Shown: in pieces, positions 14,745 through 22,933 of the stretch
Layout of the letters: the number at the start of each line of letters is the position of its first letter
How positions within the stretch are numbered: the stretch's first letter is position 1
Origin: Candidatus Saccharimonadota bacterium
GTDB taxonomy: Bacteria > Patescibacteriota > Gracilibacteria > UBA4473
Direction: 5' to 3'
Length of the DNA stretch: 32,000 nucleotides
Assembly: GCA_030429505.1 (NCBI GenBank)
Contig: JAUIFI010000001.1
Span: forward strand, 720,001-752,000
Notes under the pieces: model-generated
The model's input: only the letters and a program-made list of their open reading frames with translations
Told to the model about the DNA's origin: nothing
The model's database searches: none
Made by a program: the position numbers and the translations under genes

Positions 14745-17700
14745 CACAATTTCACGGACTTTTTATCGGTATTGACCGCTACAAATCTCCAAAAATTAAC
14801 TGTTTGGGATTTGCAAAAAGAGATGCAATGGCTCTGCATGCACTTTTTAATGACAACCTAGGGGGTGAGTGTGTATTCATGGCAGATGAAGAAGCAACAA
14901 GGTCTGCAATTGAGAACGAACTGCAAAAATTACAGGGGTGTTCCGAAGACGATGTTGTCGTCATCACATTCTCGGGACATGGGTCACCTACTCACGAATT
15001 AGTAACTCATGACACCGTTCCCGAAAATCTTGAACAAACTGGTATTCCTCTTTCACTTTTGACTGAATGGTTTTCAAAAATTCCTGCAAAAAAACTAATT
15101 TTTCTTTTGGATTGTTGTTTTTCTGGTGGAATGGGGGCAAAGGTTCTTCAGGTCGATGCAATCCCTCGAGATTTGGAATCAGAAGAATCTTTATTGCAGA
15201 AAATGTCGGGAGAAGGAAGGGTGATTCTAACTGCTGCCAATGCGAAAGAACCTGCATGGGAAATTAGTAGATTCAAACATGGTCTTCTGACGCACCATTT
15301 CATAGAAGCTTTATTGGGGAAGTTGGACGCACAGAAAGCAGGAAAGATTTCACTTTATAAACTCTTGGAGCAGGTTGTGCAGAGTGTAGTTGATTCTGCC
15401 AAATCAATCAGAAAAGAACAACATCCAACACTTAGAGGAACGATTGATGAGGAAGTGCTATTCCCTGTCTTTGAAATTAAAGAACATTACAAAGCTGCAT
15501 TTCCTGAAATATGTCGCCCTAAAGTAACAGAGAAAGTTTCGAGTTTAAAAGTCTATGGGTTTCCTGAAGAAGTACTTCAAGCATGGCAAGGAGCTATCCC
15601 TAGTCTGAATGAGCTTCAAATTGCGGCAATAAATGATTACGGAATTTTTGAAGGAAATCATTTGCTTGTTTCGGCTCCCACGTCCTCTGGTAAAACAATG
15701 ATTGGAGAATTAGGGGCGCTGAAAGGGATTACTCAAGGACAAAAAGCAATATTTCTATTTCCACTTAAAGCCTTGGTAAATGACAAACACAGGTATTTCA
15801 ACACTGTATATGCTCCTTTTAATGTAAAAACAATTCGGGCAACGGGAGATTCAACCGATGACATTCCCGACCTTATTCAAGGACAATATGACATCTGCTT
15901 GATGACCTATGAGAAATTTACTGCGTTAGTGCTCAATGTTCCCCACATACTTGGACAGGTGGGAACAGTTGTGATTGATGAGGTACAAATGATTGCTGAC
16001 ACATCGAGAGGAGTTAACTTGGAATTTATCTTAACACTTCTGAAGGTAAAAAGGCTTGAAGGGATTGAACCCCAATTAATAGCTCTTTCGGCTGTAATCG
16101 GAGACACAAATGGATTGGAAAATTGGCTAGGAGCATCTCTGCTGAAGAAAATGGAAAGACCCGTAGATTTACATGAAGGAATCATAAATTCTAGTGGAAC
16201 ATTCCGTTCCATAAATCCGAAAACAAATGATGAAAACATAACTCAAAATTATATTCTTCCTGAAATGAGAAGCCAAAGTGGAAGCAGTCAAAACTATATC
16301 ATCCCTTTGACTAGGAAATTAGTGGCTGATGGAAAACAAGTTATCGTTTTTAGAGCTACTCGCGGGGAAGCTCGAGGATGTGCTAAATATCTTGCACAAA
16401 GTTTGGGACTTCCTCCGGCTAATGAAGAAATAGCAGGACTTCCTACGGGAGACGTATCGATGGCTTCTAATGATTTGAGAAATTGTTTGTTGGGGGGAGT
16501 TGCTTTTCATATCTCAGATTTAGACAGAGATGAAAGACTTGTTGTGGAAGAAGGGTTTCGAAAACCAGACAGTAAAATTCGGGTAATAGTCGCTACTACC
16601 ACACTTGCAATGGGAGTTAATACTCCTGCAGAGGCAGTCATAATAACCGGATTAGAACATCCAGGAAACCCTCCAAAACCTTACTTCATTGCCGAATATA
16701 AAAATATGGTAGGACGAGCTGGACGGTTAGGCTTTTCAGAGGTAGGAGAATCTTTTCTATTGGCTTTAAATGGACATCAAGAGTCTCATTATTGGGGACA
16801 TTATGTTTTAGGCGCTCCTGAAGACATTGAATCTCAATTCTTAAGTCGTGGAACAGACTTACGTTCTTTGATTATTAGAGTTCTTATAGCTGGCAGCAAA
16901 ACGAAAGACCATTTTTTAACAGCAGATGAAATTGTTGATTTCTTGGAAAATAGTTTTGGAGCTTTTCAACAAGCTCGTTTTGATGATTCTTGGACATGGA
17001 ATCGAGATTCCTTATTTCAAGCCATTCACAATCTAGAAGAGAATGAATTAATAGAGAAGGTCAAAGATGGTTATAGTTTAACAGAATTAGGTTGGTTGAC
17101 CGGACAAGGCGGAGTGGAAGTAGAATCAATAGTAAGGATTATCAATGCATTGAAAGGAATGAATGCAACTTCAATCAATGAGATGACATTAATCACAGCC
17201 ACTCAAATGACCGTAGAATTGGATGCTCTTTATTTCCCCTTAAATAAAAAAAGCACACAGAAAGAACCCATTTTTTGGAGAAATGGACTACTTCAAAGAA
17301 GCGTGCCATCTACACTAATATCTTTCTTGCAACGAGGGATTGACCAAATTGGAGCCATTGTCAGGGCTAAAAAAGCAGTAGCTTGTTTATTATGGATGAG
17401 TGAAACACCCCTCAATGAAATAGAAAAAACCATGACCCAATTTGGCGGAGGATTGAATGGGGCAGCAGGCTCTGTAAGGCAGGTTGCTTCGCGAACTCAT
17501 GATTTATTGCCCACTGTTATGAGGATTGCAGAAATTCTTCATTCAGAATTGGACATGGGAGAAAGAGGAAAAACATTATTGGCTCGTTTAGAGGTAGGAG
17601 TCCCTAATTCTTTAGGAGAACTTGCGATTCATTTTGGTAGTCGCCTAACAAGGAATGATTATTTCTCGCTTATGCAGAAAGGTTTAAACACGATGGAGGC

Positions 17701-17857
17701 AATTATTAATGCCCCAGATGAACAGTTATTATCTTGCTTCGGAGGAAGTGATGTCGAAAGGAAACTTGCGTCAGTAAGGGATGCTATTCAAAACTATGGA
17801 GAAGAAAAAATGGAACGAGAATCCGTAGGATTGCTATTACCTAAATATGAAAGTTAA
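14741..17857 (+). CDS. Fusion protein: N-terminal caspase-like (peptidase C14-type) domain + Ski2/Hel308/Lhr-type SF2 helicase
   Basis: Caspase dyad contexts VVVITFSGHG (His80) and LIFLLDCCFSGG (Cys125/126). Helicase motifs: I SAPTSSGKT, Ia FPLKALVNDK, II VIDEVQ, III LSAV, V ATTTLAMGVNTPA, VI YKNMVGRAGRLG, followed by a long C-terminal extension. The ATG overlaps the upstream stop (ATGA). Confidence 0.9.
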   Translation: MTQFHGLFIGIDRYKSPKINCLGFAKRDAMALHALFNDNLGGECVFMADEEATRSAIENELQKLQGCSEDDVVVITFSGHGSPTHELVTHDTVPENLEQTGIPLSLLTEWFSKIPAKKLIFLLDCCFSGGMGAKVLQVDAIPRDLESEESLLQKMSGEGRVILTAANAKEPAWEISRFKHGLLTHHFIEALLGKLDAQKAGKISLYKLLEQVVQSVVDSAKSIRKEQHPTLRGTIDEEVLFPVFEIKEHYKAAFPEICRPKVTEKVSSLKVYGFPEEVLQAWQGAIPSLNELQIAAINDYGIFEGNHLLVSAPTSSGKTMIGELGALKGITQGQKAIFLFPLKALVNDKHRYFNTVYAPFNVKTIRATGDSTDDIPDLIQGQYDICLMTYEKFTALVLNVPHILGQVGTVVIDEVQMIADTSRGVNLEFILTLLKVKRLEGIEPQLIALSAVIGDTNGLENWLGASLLKKMERPVDLHEGIINSSGTFRSINPKTNDENITQNYILPEMRSQSGSSQNYIIPLTRKLVADGKQVIVFRATRGEARGCAKYLAQSLGLPPANEEIAGLPTGDVSMASNDLRNCLLGGVAFHISDLDRDERLVVEEGFRKPDSKIRVIVATTTLAMGVNTPAEAVIITGLEHPGNPPKPYFIAEYKNMVGRAGRLGFSEVGESFLLALNGHQESHYWGHYVLGAPEDIESQFLSRGTDLRSLIIRVLIAGSKTKDHFLTADEIVDFLENSFGAFQQARFDDSWTWNRDSLFQAIHNLEENELIEKVKDGYSLTELGWLTGQGGVEVESIVRIINALKGMNATSINEMTLITATQMTVELDALYFPLNKKSTQKEPIFWRNGLLQRSVPSTLISFLQRGIDQIGAIVRAKKAVACLLWMSETPLNEIEKTMTQFGGGLNGAAGSVRQVASRTHDLLPTVMRIAEILHSELDMGERGKTLLARLEVGVPNSLGELAIHFGSRLTRNDYFSLMQKGLNTMEAIINAPDEQLLSCFGGSDVERKLASVRDAIQNYGEEKMERESVGLLLPKYES

Positions 17858-18302
17858 AAATTCCACTTGTAATCACTTGGATTTTTCGCAGCTTCCGGCT
17901 GCGGAGGGGATGCGTTTTGAAAAAGCAATATTCGCTTGGTTACTGTCTTTACCTAGAAAATTACGTCCTCAAAACCTTAAGACCCAAAAGGACTTTTCCA
18001 AGTCGTACAATATTTCAGAAAATAGCCTTTCAACATGGAAAAAAGAAAAGGATTTTCAACGACTTAGAACGAGTTTGATGAAGAATAATTTTATAGACAG
18101 GACGCCAGACGTTATTGAGAATCTTTACCGAGCGGCTACTGCAGACCCATTGACGGGGAAAAGTCCGGTTCCAGCTATTCGCTTATGGTTGGAATTCATT
18201 GAAGATTGGAGATTGAACCAACCAATAGAATCTGAACCCGAAGAAAAAGTAATTTTCCAATTTGCGACTACGCGCTCACCTTTCATTAATCCAGAGGACT
18301 AG
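17847..18302 (+). CDS. HTH-domain protein (resembles phage terminase-small-subunit / phBC6A51-type helix-turn-helix)
   Basis: LKTQKDFSKSYNISENSLSTWKKEKDFQRL fits the TQ.EFA..lgvs..Tl..Wk.d..F pattern. The start overlaps the helicase gene by 11 nt. Confidence 0.6.
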   Translation: MKVKNSTCNHLDFSQLPAAEGMRFEKAIFAWLLSLPRKLRPQNLKTQKDFSKSYNISENSLSTWKKEKDFQRLRTSLMKNNFIDRTPDVIENLYRAATADPLTGKSPVPAIRLWLEFIEDWRLNQPIESEPEEKVIFQFATTRSPFINPED

Positions 18303-18338
18303 TTTCTGCATCAGAAACTTACTTTTCTGAGGCAGAAA
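18301..18338. promoter_or_regulatory. Two tandem palindromes sharing the arm TTTCTG/CAGAAA (possible terminator hairpins or protein-binding sites)
   Basis: AGTTTCTG-CAT-CAGAAACT (18301-18319) and TTTCTG-AGG-CAGAAA (18324-18338). Their centres are 21 bp apart and no T-run follows. Confidence 0.4.
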
Positions 18339-18555
18339 TTGACTTTAGGGGCAAAAGTTTTAAGATTTTTGTGCTACTCAAATTTCTTTATTTATTCGTC
18401 TCCAATGACTTTTTACGTTTCAACGTAGAGAATCGGTTGTGGTTACTAGAGCTAAAAGATGGGGCAATTCACCGTCCATTTGGCTTTAGTTTCCGCTTGG
18501 AGACAAAAGAAATTTGGGTAGCACGGTTGAGTTGCCCCTTCTTTATATATTTCGA

Positions 18556-19158
18556 ATGAATAAAACTGCAGAAAAATTCGCCAAAGGGTTTGTAATAGCA
18601 TTCGCCCTTTTCATCTTTGTGTCCGTTGTGATTTTAAATTCCTCTCCCTCCGGTCAGAACCATCCTACCAGCATAAAACAAAAAACTCCTTCAGTAGAGG
18701 AGGTCATTTTGTCGACACCGGAAGAAGAAAAATCTGCACTGGAAGACTTCTACAAAAACTTTCTCCAAATTACAGAAGAAGCTGATTCTGCACATGCTGA
18801 ATCTCTTAGTATTGCAAAACAAGGGAATCTTATAGCGAGTTATGCAATGTTTCAAAACCACTCACTTCCAGCCTTCAAAAAAGTTCAAACTGAACTTCAA
18901 AATATGAAAATTCCCAATATTTCAAACGAGGAGAACAAAAGACAACTAGAAGAAGGTGTGAAAGAGGTTTTACAAGCTTATTCCTTACAAATTCAAGGAA
19001 TAAATCAAATCTTGAAGGGAGTAGATGAAAATAAGAATTCACTTATCCTTAAAGGATTCAATCAATTTGAAGAAAGTCAGGAATTTATTATTTCAGGTGC
19101 TGGGAAAATTACATGGATTTTGAACCTTGAATATGGAATTGAAGTTTCGACTGAGTAA
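18556..19158 (+). CDS. Membrane-anchored hypothetical protein
   Basis: Same frame as track ORF 18514-19158. I prefer the start MNKTAEKF at 18556. It has an N-terminal TM helix (FVIAFALFIFVSVVILN) followed by a helical, E/Q-rich region. Confidence 0.6.
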   Translation: MNKTAEKFAKGFVIAFALFIFVSVVILNSSPSGQNHPTSIKQKTPSVEEVILSTPEEEKSALEDFYKNFLQITEEADSAHAESLSIAKQGNLIASYAMFQNHSLPAFKKVQTELQNMKIPNISNEENKRQLEEGVKEVLQAYSLQIQGINQILKGVDENKNSLILKGFNQFEESQEFIISGAGKITWILNLEYGIEVSTE

Positions 19159-19197
19159 CTGGGAATTTCAAGGAATCGCGCTAGAATAAAAATCGAA

Positions 19198-20796
19198 ATG
19201 AGTTACGAAACTCCAATATGTGAACGTTATGTTATATACGCTCGAAGGTCATCAGATGATGGTTCGGGAAAACAATTGAAATCTGTTCCCGACCAGATTC
19301 AGTTTTGCTTAGAATTAGCAGAAAAAGAAGGCATTGAAATAAACAAAGAATCAGACATATTCACAGAATCAGCTTCAGCAAAAAAAGCGAATCAAAGAGC
19401 TGTTTTTACAAAACTTTTAAAACTCATAAGACAAGGAGATGTCGACGGAATTATTTGTTGGCATCCTGACCGTCTGTCGAGAAATATGTTAGAAGCCGGA
19501 GAAATTATTGATTTACTCGATGATGGTTCCATTAAGGATTTAAAATTCTGTACACACCATTTTGAGAATACAGCGTCAGGAAAAATGATGCTGGGAATTC
19601 TCTTTTCTATTTCAAAAGAATACAGCGACAGTCTGAGTGAGAGAATCAATCGAGGAGTTCAGACAAACTTGGAGCAGGGAAAATCAGCAGGAACTCCAAA
19701 ATGGGGTTATAACCGAATTGAAGACGGCTACTATGTTCCCTCAAAAAACTTTTCTTTTATACGGAAAGCTTGGGAAATGCGACTGAATGGGAAAACTTAC
19801 GAAGAAATTGTTCGGTGGTTGAAGCGTGTGGACTGTTTTCGAATGACAAAAGAAAGTAAACGTAAAATTGTTATTGACAGGTCATCGCTCACTCGTCTAT
19901 TCAAAGACCCCATTTATTACGGGGTTTTGGTTCAAACAGGAAAACCCGTCGACTTGCGCGAAATAGACCAAGAATTTGAGCCAATGATTTCGGAAGAGGA
20001 ATTCCGAAGAGTTCAAACTTTGGCGCGAAGAAAGAATAAGCGAAATACAAAGCAAAATTATCCTTTTCGAGATGGAATTATTAAGCATGTTTCAGGAGAA
20101 GTTTGTTTTCCCGAAGCTTCCAAAAGTAGCAATGGGAAGAATTATCTTTACATCACTTGCCGAAAGAATCTCAAGAAAGCTGACCGAATGCGTGCGAGAG
20201 TTTTTCTTGCGGAAGTGTCTAAATTCTTGAAGGAAAATTTCAAAAAGCCAAATCCAAAAGATTATAAAAAATATTTGGAAGTTATGAACGAAGCTATTCA
20301 AGAAGACATGAATGACCGAACAAAACAGAGAAAAGCTTTAATGAATCAGAAAATAAAACAGCAGCAGGAATTGGAGGATTTGATTATGAGTATGTTTAAA
20401 AGAGAGCAGAGAGGGAATGTTTCTGAATCTGAAATTTCTACTTATGAAAAAGAAAAATTCAAACTTGAAGAGAGCCTCAAGGCTTTAGATTCAGACATTA
20501 AAAAAATCGAGAAGAACACACTTCTCGAAGCATTTAGTTATGAAGAATTTTCCAACTTTCTCAAAGATGCAGTCGGGTACTGGGAAAAAGCGGATTCTGA
20601 ACAGAAACACGAATTAGTGAAATTTTTGTTTTCCAACATAGTCGTTGGACACGGAAAAGTGCATAAACTAGAGCCAAAACGACTCATAGCTAAACTTTTT
20701 GTTGGATTTGGTGGAGGTGGCGAGAATCGAACTCGCGTCCAAAGAGGAAACATACCTTCGTCTACGGAACCTAGTTCAGCTGTTTACCTCCTCTGA
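19198..20796 (+). CDS. Large serine recombinase (island 2 integrase)
   Basis: The N-terminus YVIYARRSSDDGSGKQ...SVPDQ carries the catalytic Ser, followed by GIICWHPDRLSRN. A recombinase domain and a K/E-rich coiled coil follow. The last 88 nt (20709-20796) overlap ssrA in antisense. Confidence 0.9.
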   Translation: MSYETPICERYVIYARRSSDDGSGKQLKSVPDQIQFCLELAEKEGIEINKESDIFTESASAKKANQRAVFTKLLKLIRQGDVDGIICWHPDRLSRNMLEAGEIIDLLDDGSIKDLKFCTHHFENTASGKMMLGILFSISKEYSDSLSERINRGVQTNLEQGKSAGTPKWGYNRIEDGYYVPSKNFSFIRKAWEMRLNGKTYEEIVRWLKRVDCFRMTKESKRKIVIDRSSLTRLFKDPIYYGVLVQTGKPVDLREIDQEFEPMISEEEFRRVQTLARRKNKRNTKQNYPFRDGIIKHVSGEVCFPEASKSSNGKNYLYITCRKNLKKADRMRARVFLAEVSKFLKENFKKPNPKDYKKYLEVMNEAIQEDMNDRTKQRKALMNQKIKQQQELEDLIMSMFKREQRGNVSESEISTYEKEKFKLEESLKALDSDIKKIEKNTLLEAFSYEEFSNFLKDAVGYWEKADSEQKHELVKFLFSNIVVGHGKVHKLEPKRLIAKLFVGFGGGGENRTRVQRGNIPSSTEPSSAVYLL

Positions 20797-21124
20797 TCAA
20801 AACTGAACGAAATACAGAAAAGGAGAGCCAAAAATGTCCTCCATAATCGGCAACACCATGAAGTAAGATTCAAATATAAGGAAAATAACTCAGAATCATC
20901 AGCTATAATCCACTGACGAGTAAAAACTCAAGCCAGATTTAATTTAGGCTGCGTAAGCGTAAGCAGGTTTAGCCAAAGAAGCCAAAAGAGCTTCAGCTTG
21001 AGCAACAGCTTTCTTAGCAAAAGATTTTGCATTTATAATTGAATGGTGGATCTACCGGCGACCATACACGCCGTGTTCGCAGAAAATACATTTCTCAATC
21101 TCCCTGTCAAAACCTGACACCCCC
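20709..21124 (-). ncRNA. ssrA: tmRNA (ssrA)
   Basis: The 5' end GGGGGUGUCAGGUUUUGACAGGGA resembles the conserved GGGGCUGAUUCUGGAUUCGACGGGA. The 3' end GGACGCGAGUUCGAUUCUCGCCACCUCCACCA forms a T arm plus an acceptor that pairs with the 5' end, including G3-U. An internal Ala-rich reading frame ends ...AKPAYAYAA-UAA (21030 down to 20944). Confidence 0.9.
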
Positions 21125-21234
21125 GATAAGCTTAAAGAGCAATGAAAAGTATAAAACAATATTCACCAGAAATCAATACCCACCATTGATCTTTCCTTCA
21201 AAATCATCACAATAAAACCACTCAAAAAAATCAC

Positions 21235-22530
21235 ATGACCACAAAAAAACCATATCAAAACTTCCTGACCAATCTTCACCAAGCTGCCTCTACTATCAAA
21301 CTCTCAAAAAGCGCACTCGAAAGACTCGAAAAACCAGAACACATCCATGAATTCGAAATCGAATTCGAAACTGATAAAGGCGTAAAAAAACAAGTCTCCG
21401 GCTATCGCGTCCAACATAATTCTGCTCGGGGTCCTTATAAAGGTGGAATACGATTTCACCATGAAGCCGACCTCAATGAAGTCAAAGCCCTCGCTGCCCT
21501 GATGTCCCTCAAATGCTCCGTCGTCAATATCCCCCTAGGAGGAGGAAAAGGCGGCATCACCATCAATCCCAAAGAACTCTCTCAATCCGAACTAGAACGC
21601 ATGAGCCGAGCATATTTTCGGCTCGGAACAGAACAAGGTGTTTTTGGAGTGAACAAAGACATCCCCGCCCCCGACGTCTATACAAACCCCCAAATCATGG
21701 CATGGATGATGGACGAACACGAAAAAGCCCTCGGATACAAATCCCCCGGAGTCATCACCGGAAAGCCACTTGAAATCGGCGGATCACTCGGACGAAGCTA
21801 TGCCACCAGTCAAGGTGGATTTTTTATCCTGCAAAAATACTTGCAAACGATTAAAAAGAAACCGTCTCAAACCACCATCGCCATTCAAGGATTTGGAAAC
21901 GCTGGAGCGTATTTCGCGGAAATAGCTCATAAAGCAGGATGCAAAATCATCGCTGTATCCGACTCCAAAGGAGGAGTCCGACACCAAGAAGGCGCCTTTG
22001 AAATTCACAAACTTCATGAATACAAAAAAGCCGGCGGATCACTACGTGGAAATTTCTGCGAAGGAGACAAGTGCGATATTACCAAAATGAACCAAGAAAA
22101 AGTTCACGTCGTCTCCAATGAAGAACTTTTACACCTAGATGTTGATGTCCTCGTCCTTGCCGCTCTCGACGGAGTCATTCACACAGATAACGCTGACAAA
22201 ATCAAGGCCAAAAGTATACTCGAGCTCGCAAACGGTCCCGTCACTCCCGAAGCAGACAGTATTCTAGAGAAAAAAAATATAAACGTTATCCCAGACATAC
22301 TTGCCAATGCAGGAGGAGTAACTGTTTCCTACTTTGAATGGGTGCAAAACAGATCTGGTGACGTTTGGGAAGAAAATCACGTCAACGAAAAACTCAAAAA
22401 AATCATGGAAAACGCATTTGATGATTTAATAAAAATAAAAACCGACTATAAAGTGCCCTACCGACAAGCCGCTTTTATTCTAGGAATAGAACGCATCGTA
22501 AACGCCATGGAATTACGAGGACAAATCTAA
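21235..22530 (+). CDS. gdhA: Glutamate dehydrogenase (Glu/Leu/Phe/Val dehydrogenase family)
   Basis: GPYKGGIRFH, the catalytic Lys box PLGGGKGG, and the NAD(P) fold IQGFGNAGAY. Confidence 0.9.
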   Translation: MTTKKPYQNFLTNLHQAASTIKLSKSALERLEKPEHIHEFEIEFETDKGVKKQVSGYRVQHNSARGPYKGGIRFHHEADLNEVKALAALMSLKCSVVNIPLGGGKGGITINPKELSQSELERMSRAYFRLGTEQGVFGVNKDIPAPDVYTNPQIMAWMMDEHEKALGYKSPGVITGKPLEIGGSLGRSYATSQGGFFILQKYLQTIKKKPSQTTIAIQGFGNAGAYFAEIAHKAGCKIIAVSDSKGGVRHQEGAFEIHKLHEYKKAGGSLRGNFCEGDKCDITKMNQEKVHVVSNEELLHLDVDVLVLAALDGVIHTDNADKIKAKSILELANGPVTPEADSILEKKNINVIPDILANAGGVTVSYFEWVQNRSGDVWEENHVNEKLKKIMENAFDDLIKIKTDYKVPYRQAAFILGIERIVNAMELRGQI

Positions 22531-22606
22531 ACAACAACAAATCATTGACGTCCATACAAAACACCATCAAAATAAAAGCATATTTGTTTATTAAACACAC
22601 ACAAAA

Positions 22607-22933
22607 ATGGTCACAACAAAAAAAAATACCGTAAAAAAGACAACTTCAAAAACAGCTAAAAAAACGACTACTAAAAAAGCACCAGCAAAAAAACCAACCA
22701 TTTCAAAAACCGTTTCAAAACCGGCAATAAAAAAACCAACCCCTCCCATCCATCCCCCAAAACTTCATCCAGAAAAAAAATACAATGGTTGGATGATCTC
22801 AAACTCTCTCATAAAAAGATCACTCGCCGTATTCGGACATATGATTATTGGACAACTTCTCATCTTCATTCCTCTCTGGATCCTCTTGGTAGTGCTATCT
22901 TTACTCTTTATAAACGCAACAAGTATCAGTTAA
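22607..22933 (+). CDS. Small membrane protein with Lys/Thr/Pro-rich N-terminal tail
   Basis: 108-aa ORF with a KKTTSKTAKKTTTKKAPAKKP low-complexity region followed by two hydrophobic segments. It has a 4-nt convergent overlap with mnmA. Confidence 0.45.
   Translation: MVTTKKNTVKKTTSKTAKKTTTKKAPAKKPTISKTVSKPAIKKPTPPIHPPKLHPEKKYNGWMISNSLIKRSLAVFGHMIIGQLLIFIPLWILLVVLSLLFINATSIS

Larger units (their letters stand above)
12629..20716. mobile_element. Putative ~8.1-kb integrative element (island 2) inserted at the 3' end of ssrA (tmRNA). The att cores are at 12629-12637 and 20708-20716.
   Basis: The 9-bp TTGGTGGAG occurs at both ends (extended ttggtggagNNggcg). A serine recombinase sits at the right end and overlaps ssrA. 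Contents are repressor, HTH and orphan genes. Sampled G/C strand bias differs from the flanking host DNA. Confidence 0.55.

Noticed and set aside
18461-18538. tRNA-like gene: a 78-nt segment with a 7-bp GGGGCAA/TTGCCCC acceptor-like stem that contains TTGGAGAC, the antisense of the Trp anticodon region.
   Set aside because: No D arm, no 7-nt anticodon loop and no T-loop can be drawn on either strand. The shared 8-mer is within chance expectation for 32 kb.
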